64,000 bases of DNA from Patescibacteria group bacterium (lineage in GTDB: Bacteria; Patescibacteriota; JAQUNI01). The DNA is taken from assembly GCA_028717685.1 (NCBI GenBank), contig JAQUNI010000001.1, positions 335,451-399,450 of the forward strand. Direction: 5' to 3'. The notes beneath the pieces are model-generated. The model was not told the DNA's origin. It made no database searches and saw only the letters and a program-made list of their open reading frames with translations. Positions 58,621 to 64,000 of the stretch are shown one piece after another; position 1 is the stretch's first letter; every line of letters begins with the position of its first letter. A program made the position numbers and the translations under genes.

Positions 58621-59085
58621 TTGAAATCAATGGTTTGGATTTTGATCCCGCTTATTTTAATTCTTTTATTAGCGATCTGGACTTTCTATCTGCATCACTA
58701 TCTTTTTAAAATCCGCAGCGCGAGCAGAGAATTGTTCAAACAAGCCAAGGGGAGTAATTTGGAAGAAATCTTAAATCTGCAGAACCAGCATCTCAAGAAA
58801 CATTCCGAAGAATTAAAAGATCTGCAAAATTTTACCCGCGAACTGGAAAAAAATCTAGGCTTCACTATTCAAAAAACTAATATCGTCCGATTTAACGCCT
58901 TTCCCGGGGAAGGCGGCGACCAAAGTTTCAGCATTGCCCTTTTAGACCAACACCAAAACGGCGTAGTAGTCTCTAATCTCCGCAACAGAAACAATGATCG
59001 CATCTACGCCAAACCAGTCAAAAATGGCCAATCGCCATATCATTTAACCAAAGAGGAATTAGAAGCCATTAACCCAAGGAAATAG
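58621..59085 (+). CDS. Hypothetical membrane-anchored protein (154 aa; DUF4446-like).
   Basis: N-terminal transmembrane helix and a coiled region. Confidence 0.5.
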   Translation: MKSMVWILIPLILILLLAIWTFYLHHYLFKIRSASRELFKQAKGSNLEEILNLQNQHLKKHSEELKDLQNFTRELEKNLGFTIQKTNIVRFNAFPGEGGDQSFSIALLDQHQNGVVVSNLRNRNNDRIYAKPVKNGQSPYHLTKEELEAINPRK

Positions 59086-59133
59086 GAAGACTCGCTTTTT
59101 TGAAAGTCTTCCAAAAATCCTTCTAAAATCTTT

Positions 59134-59520
59134 ATGAGTGAAAAAAATCACGAAGAAACTCAAGCGGAAACCATTGTGGGACCTTCGGTTAAAGTAGAGG
59201 GGGAGTTGTCCTCCGAGGGCAATGTTCGGATTGACGGACAAGTGGCAGGCAATGTGCAAACCAGCCAAAATTTAGCCGTGGGGGAACAGGCTGTTATTTC
59301 CGCAAACGTGAAAGCCTTGAACGCGGTAATCGCGGGCAAAATTAAAGGTAATATTACCGTAGAGGAAGCTTTGGAAATTACTGAAACTGGACAAGTGGAA
59401 GGCGACATCACAGCCAAGATTATTTCCATTTCTCCGGGCGCTATTTTCCAAGGTCAATGCCAAATGCCTCTTCCCACTGACCGAGAAACGGAAATTGAAG
59501 TGGAAGAGGTGATGGAATAA
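59134..59520 (+). CDS. Bactofilin family cytoskeletal protein.
   Basis: Repetitive beta-helical pattern: VEGELSSEGNVRIDGQVAGNVQTSQNLAVGEQAVISANVKA..VIAGKIKGNITV. Confidence 0.75.
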   Translation: MSEKNHEETQAETIVGPSVKVEGELSSEGNVRIDGQVAGNVQTSQNLAVGEQAVISANVKALNAVIAGKIKGNITVEEALEITETGQVEGDITAKIISISPGAIFQGQCQMPLPTDRETEIEVEEVME

Positions 59521-59721
59521 ATAAGGGAATTTTTAATTTTCAATTTCTAATTTTTATTAAATTTCTAATTTTTGCATTTTTAAACCAAATTTTTAATTTT
59601 GATTTCTTAATTTTTAGCTAATTTTTATTGTATTATTGCCTTATTTTCTTTCAATAAAAATTAAGCAAATAAAAATTAGTTAAAAATCAAAAATTAAAAA
59701 ATAGAAATTGAGAATTCTCCA

Positions 59722-60591
59722 ATGTATTACTATATCTACGATTCTTTCTTAGAAAATCCTAAATATCGTAAAATCCTGGACCGGATTGAAATTAGACTGT
59801 CCGATCTTGCCATTGCGGGCGAAGCAAGCCATGTCCGTCCTTTAAGAAACCTAGAGGAGATTGTTTTAGAAGGACTAATACAGGGAAAACGCACAATTAT
59901 CGCCGTAGGCAATGATTACACATTCAAAAAAATCGCGCATACTGTTTTAAACCAGAGTGAAACCCCTCTCTCTGAAATCACGATCGGTGTCATCCCAGTC
60001 GGGCAGCCAAACTTTATCAGCCAAGGTCTCGGAGTGCCCATAAACGAGCCGGCTTGCGAAGTTATTTCCGGACGGATTATTAAAATTATTGACGTCGGGA
60101 AGGTTAATTCCGAATATTTTCTCACCCAAGCGGTTTGCGGTTTCGGGGGACGGGATGAGGAACGCAATAAAAAAGGGGACCTATCTTATCTTCAATCCCT
60201 GCGTTATCGGCCCCAGGATGTTATTCTTAAAATTGACAGTAAATTTCAAGTCCGCCTGAACTTATTTCACGCCGCCTTCGTAAATTTATCTTTAAAAAGG
60301 GAAGCCTTACCTCTTGCCAATCCTTGCGACGGAATTTTGAATGTGTTTGTGACTGCGAATCTTTCCCGCTTCTCTCTTTTAAAAAAACTAAAGCTCATAG
60401 AATCAGAAAAATATTCTTTGCTTCCTAAGACTTCTGTGTTTCGCGCGAGTAAAATTGAAATCTTGTCTCCGCGCCAAGAGCAAATTGATATCTTGGGCGA
60501 TTTGCAAAAAATAGGCCGCACGCCGGCGACTATTACAATTTTGCCCCGTAAATTAAGAGTGATTGTGGGGAAAGAAAGAGCATTTAATTAA
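59722..60591 (+). CDS. Diacylglycerol kinase catalytic-domain family lipid kinase (YegS/BmrU-like).
   Basis: TIIAVGNDYTF and GVIPVG..NFISQGLG motifs. Confidence 0.55.
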   Translation: MYYYIYDSFLENPKYRKILDRIEIRLSDLAIAGEASHVRPLRNLEEIVLEGLIQGKRTIIAVGNDYTFKKIAHTVLNQSETPLSEITIGVIPVGQPNFISQGLGVPINEPACEVISGRIIKIIDVGKVNSEYFLTQAVCGFGGRDEERNKKGDLSYLQSLRYRPQDVILKIDSKFQVRLNLFHAAFVNLSLKREALPLANPCDGILNVFVTANLSRFSLLKKLKLIESEKYSLLPKTSVFRASKIEILSPRQEQIDILGDLQKIGRTPATITILPRKLRVIVGKERAFN

Positions 60592-60803
60592 TTTATAGAC
60601 CTTTTGCAAAATAACCTTTTCTACTGCAATTGCTAGATTTCGGCTGCAAATGTTTCAGGGCTCGTCGCTGTATTTTAGAGTAAAATACAGCTTCCTCCCG
60701 CCCGCCTCGCCTGAAGCGAAGCGATGGCGGGCGCGGCGCCCTTCAACATTTTCGCTCGAAATCCGTCAATTTCGTAACGAAAAAATTATTTCACAAAAGG
60801 TCT

Positions 60804-61049
60804 ATGGGCAAACACCGCCAAAATATTAAAAAATATTTTAAAGAACCGTTTTATAATATCTCGGGTATTTTTGCGGATTATCTGCCGGTGCCTGTGCGCT
60901 GGCTCATCGGCCTTGCGATCGCGGGATTAGTTTTAGTTTTTACCGGCTTCTGGGGCTTGGTTAAATTGATTTTATGTCTCTTCTGGATCAGCGCTATTTT
61001 CTTAATTGCGGCTTTGATTTATCAGATTGTTAAGAATAAGAAGAAGTAA
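60804..61049 (+). CDS. Small membrane protein (81 aa).
   Basis: Two hydrophobic helices. Confidence 0.45.
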   Translation: MGKHRQNIKKYFKEPFYNISGIFADYLPVPVRWLIGLAIAGLVLVFTGFWGLVKLILCLFWISAIFLIAALIYQIVKNKKK

Positions 61050-61118
61050 ATTCCATTGCTCTATTGCTCAATTGTGCAATTGTTATAAAAAGCAAATTTT
61101 CCCTGATTTACAATAGAA

Positions 61119-61142
61119 CCCTGCGCCACGTAGGGTGCAGGG
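61119..61142. repeat. Palindrome CCCTGCGCCACGTAGGGTGCAGGG upstream of infB (second copy).
   Basis: See 47799-47822. Flanked by CAATTGTTCTATTG-type motifs. Confidence 0.75.
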
Positions 61143-61194
61143 CAAGCAATCGAACAATAAAACCATCAAAAGGGAAGGTTAATGGTTAAAATTT

Positions 61195-62940
61195 ATGGAT
61201 TTAAATAAAGCTCCCAAGATAGTTGTAATTCCTAGTATGGTCAGGGTCAAAAACTTGGCTTCTGTTTTGAATTTGCCTGTCGCGCGGGTAATGCAAGAAC
61301 TCATTAAAAACAATATTTACACCACCATCAATGAAGAGCTTGATTATGAAACCGCCGCCATCATTGCCGAAGATTTAGGATATCAGGTAGCGCCTCAAGG
61401 CAAAGCAGAGGAAAACCTCAAAGAACCGGTTGGAGAAAATATTTCCAATAAAGAGATCTTAAAACTTTCAACACGACCGCCAGTAGTAGCAGTGATGGGG
61501 CATGTGGACCACGGCAAAACCACTCTTTTGGATTATATTCGCAAAACTAATGTGGCAGGCGGAGAGGCAGGAGGGATTACCCAAAATATCGGCGCTTACC
61601 AAATTCAATATAAAAAACATCGGATCACTTTTATTGATACCCCCGGACACGAGGCTTTTCAAAGCATGCGGGCGCGAGGAGCGCGCCTCACTGATCTTGC
61701 TATTTTGGTTGTCGCCGCGGATGACGGGGTGAAGCCGCAAACCAAGGAAGCAATTACTCATATCCGAAACGCTAAAATCCCGATGATCATAGCGATTAAT
61801 AAAATGGATAAGCAAGATGCTAAAGTGGATAAGGTAAAACAAGAACTGGCTCAAGAAGGCGTGCAAATTGAAGAATGGGGAGGCGATGTGCCTCTTGTGG
61901 AAATCTCGGCAAAAACGGGTCAAGGCGTAGAGGAACTTCTAAAAACTATTATCGTCGTCGCGGAAATGGAGGAGTTAAAAGCCCCTCTTTCCGGTCCTGC
62001 TCTAGGCACAATCATTGAGTCTCATCTTTCTTCTCGGCAGGGACCAGAAACCTCGGTTTTGGTGCAATCCGGCACTTTTAAGATAGGGGATATAATCACC
62101 GCAGCATCTGCGCAAGGAAAAATCAAAATGATGGAGGACTACCGCGGTCAAATAATTCGAAAGGCAGGACCTTCCGAGCCCGTCAAGATTGTTGGGTTTA
62201 AGGAAGTGCCAGAGGTCGGCAGTATCGTGCAGAACGGAGAAGAATCCTTAATTAATCGCGAGAAATTCACCCCTCAAGAAAAGAAAATACTGACGCTCAT
62301 CAACCAAAAAGCATCGAACCCCAAAATTAAAAAATTAAATCTTGTTATCAAGGCCGGCAGCCAAGGATCCAAAGAGGCAATTCTGGAAAACTTGGCTCGC
62401 GTGCAATCTTCCGAGGTCGCGCCCTATATTATTCAAGAGGGGGTAGGCAATATAACAGAATCGGATGTCTTGAAAAGCCACATCACCAACGCCAAACTTA
62501 TTGGTTTCGAGGTGAAGACCACTACCGTGGCTAAGAAATTGGCTAGGCAGCTCGAACTGAAAATTAATATTTACGAGATTATCTATGAACTCATTGACGC
62601 CATAAAAGAAGGTCTGGAAGAAATACTTGAACCGGAGGAGGAGATAGTGGAATTGGGCAAGTTAGAGATACTCGCCATCTTTCACACTGAAAAGGGCAAG
62701 ATGATCGTAGGCGGTAAAGTCACGCAAGGAACGATCCAAAGAGAGAGCCATATCCGCGTTCAAAGAAAAGGTCAAATGATTGGAGAAGGAACTATAACGG
62801 AGTTGCAAAGCAACAAGCAAAAAGTAAAAGAGGTCAAAAATGGCCAAGAATGCGGCATTAAATTCCTGGGCGACGTGAAGATTGAAATTGGAGATATCCT
62901 GGAATTTTATAAAATAGAAAAGAAAAAGAAAACACTATAA
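61195..62940 (+). CDS. infB: Translation initiation factor IF-2 (short form).
   Basis: GTPase G1 VAVMGHVDHGKTTLLD, G3 DTPGHEAF, G4 AINKMD, and the C-terminal beta-barrel domains. Confidence 0.9.
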   Translation: MDLNKAPKIVVIPSMVRVKNLASVLNLPVARVMQELIKNNIYTTINEELDYETAAIIAEDLGYQVAPQGKAEENLKEPVGENISNKEILKLSTRPPVVAVMGHVDHGKTTLLDYIRKTNVAGGEAGGITQNIGAYQIQYKKHRITFIDTPGHEAFQSMRARGARLTDLAILVVAADDGVKPQTKEAITHIRNAKIPMIIAINKMDKQDAKVDKVKQELAQEGVQIEEWGGDVPLVEISAKTGQGVEELLKTIIVVAEMEELKAPLSGPALGTIIESHLSSRQGPETSVLVQSGTFKIGDIITAASAQGKIKMMEDYRGQIIRKAGPSEPVKIVGFKEVPEVGSIVQNGEESLINREKFTPQEKKILTLINQKASNPKIKKLNLVIKAGSQGSKEAILENLARVQSSEVAPYIIQEGVGNITESDVLKSHITNAKLIGFEVKTTTVAKKLARQLELKINIYEIIYELIDAIKEGLEEILEPEEEIVELGKLEILAIFHTEKGKMIVGGKVTQGTIQRESHIRVQRKGQMIGEGTITELQSNKQKVKEVKNGQECGIKFLGDVKIEIGDILEFYKIEKKKKTL

Positions 62941-63043
62941 ATAAATCAAAATGCAAAATTCAAAATGCAAAATTGCAATTCAAAATTAAAAATGATGCTT
63001 TAGATTGTAATTTTGAACTTTACACTTTGAATTTTGAACTGAT

Positions 63044-63388
63044 TTGTCCCACCGCATTCTTCAATTAAATAGCTTAATCCAACAAGAGCTTAGCCGCGCT
63101 TTTTTAACGGAAGTCTTTTTGAATCGTCACGCATTAACCACTATCACCAAGGTGGAGACTTCCCGCGACTTAGATCACGCGAAAATCTGGGTCTCCGTTC
63201 TACCCTTTGAAAAAGGTCAAAACATTCTCAAGACTTTACAAAAAAACGCGGGCAGGCTACAATCCTTTCTCAACGCAAGGTTAGTCTTAAGAAAAATACC
63301 CCGCCTTAAATTTGTCTTGGACGCAACTGAATTAAAAGCAGACAGGATTAACAGACTTCTTAACGCGGAATTTCCCAAAGGGGTTTAA
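63044..63388 (+). CDS. rbfA: Ribosome-binding factor A.
   Basis: TITKVETSRDLDHAKIWVSV...LRKIPRLKFVLD..ADRINRLL. Confidence 0.75.
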   Translation: MSHRILQLNSLIQQELSRAFLTEVFLNRHALTTITKVETSRDLDHAKIWVSVLPFEKGQNILKTLQKNAGRLQSFLNARLVLRKIPRLKFVLDATELKADRINRLLNAEFPKGV

Positions 63389-63446
63389 TTTTATTTAATC
63401 TGAACAAGCGGGCTTCAAATAAGCCACGCCCTCCATAAAAAATATA

Positions 63447-64000
63447 ATGCACAGAAAAGATTTTAATTTAGTGATTAAAGCCTTAAAAGGATATAACACT
63501 TTTCTCATCGCGAGCCATGAAAATCCGGATGGAGATTCTGTGGGCTCAATTCTGGCTCTCTGTATGGCTTTGGAAAAGATGAAGAAGGAAGTTTCGCTAT
63601 TTACCCCAGACCCTATTCCGGAAAATTTACAGTTTCTGCCCCAAAGCGCCAGAATCATCAGCTCTTCTCCCAAAAAAAACTTTGATGTCGTAATTGCTTT
63701 GGACGCGAGCGACGTTAAACGTCTGCATTTAAAATGGTCCAATATCAAGCATCAAATCCTTGTTAATATTGACCATCATCCGCAAAAAAAACCATTCGGC
63801 GATCTGAATTTAATCGCCCCCCTTGCCTCCTCCACCTCGGAAATTATTTATTTGATCATTAAAGCCCTTAAAAGTATAGACGCTAAAATTGCCACTTGTC
63901 TTTTAACAGGAATATTTACGGATACGGGCAGCTTCCAACACGCCAATACCTCTCCTTATACCATGGAGATCGCCGCCCACCTGATGAAAAAGGGGGCAAA
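63447..64000 (+). CDS. nrnA: DHH family phosphoesterase NrnA (oligoribonuclease / pAp phosphatase), 3'-partial at the window end.
   Basis: Translation of 63447 onward: MHRKDFNLVIKALKGYNTFLIASHENPDGDSVGSILAL...VNIDHHPQ...GIFTDTGSFQHAN. The minus-strand track ORF 63395..63748 is antisense to it. Confidence 0.8.
   Translation, partial: MHRKDFNLVIKALKGYNTFLIASHENPDGDSVGSILALCMALEKMKKEVSLFTPDPIPENLQFLPQSARIISSSPKKNFDVVIALDASDVKRLHLKWSNIKHQILVNIDHHPQKKPFGDLNLIAPLASSTSEIIYLIIKALKSIDAKIATCLLTGIFTDTGSFQHANTSPYTMEIAAHLMKKGA

Noticed and set aside
63395-63748. Minus-strand ORF of 117 aa.
   Set aside because: The plus strand here encodes a clear DHH/NrnA phosphoesterase running to the window end.

Overview
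This 64 kb window looks like a fragment of a small, AT-rich bacterial genome, probably an ultrasmall Patescibacteria/CPR-type episymbiont (inference). Gene density is high and almost everything on the left and centre is on the minus strand. The window is crowded with small palindromic repeats, one 16S rRNA gene carries insertions, and one tRNA carries a group I intron.

Left third (0.2-19.8 kb): a conjugation/type IV secretion-like module — a PrgI-like small membrane protein, a stand-alone VirB4-N-terminal-like protein, and an 1134 aa VirB6/TrbL-like polytopic protein. It is mixed with two paralogous unknown proteins, a 1959 aa secreted giant protein, a membrane-anchored calcium-binding-repeat protein, and two paralogous lipoproteins with a formylglycine-generating-enzyme (FGE-sulfatase) domain that share a duplicated 3' terminator module.

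Middle (19.9-37 kb): housekeeping genes (rdgB, an EndoIII-like glycosylase, methyltransferases, an Elp3-like radical-SAM/GNAT protein, rsmA, two 3D-domain proteins, CapA, peptidase E). The tRNAs found are Leu, Cys, Gly, Ala, Arg and a tRNA-Phe interrupted by a roughly 245 nt group I intron. Two small GIY-YIG genes sit between tRNAs, and there are several tRNA fragments fused to repeat modules.

37.0-39.1 kb: a 16S rRNA gene (minus strand, about 2.04 kb) with three AT-rich insertions in V1, V3 and V6. Two of them share conserved GC-clamp termini, which suggests a mobile intervening-sequence family. The gene is followed by a degenerate tRNA-Ile and tRNA-Ala, but no 23S or 5S.

Right third: trmD, khpA, an M23/LysM peptidase, tig, an H+-pyrophosphatase, nusA, yraN, rnhB, a block of unknown genes, a TVP38 family protein, an O-antigen-ligase-like protein, a TrmB regulator, a bactofilin, a DAG-kinase-like protein, infB, rbfA and a partial nrnA.

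Several repeat families are present:
- GC-rich CTCCCCCTG...CAGGGGGAG hairpin elements, many of them inserted in frame inside coding sequences.
- MITE-like elements with AATTACG terminal inverted repeats.
- A CCCTGCACCACGTAGGGTGCAGGG palindrome located upstream of both nusA and infB.
- A GAGATTGCTTCG...CCTCGCAATGACGA element.
- A TTGGCTCCATAG palindrome.
- Long AT-rich hairpins.

No CRISPR array was seen.
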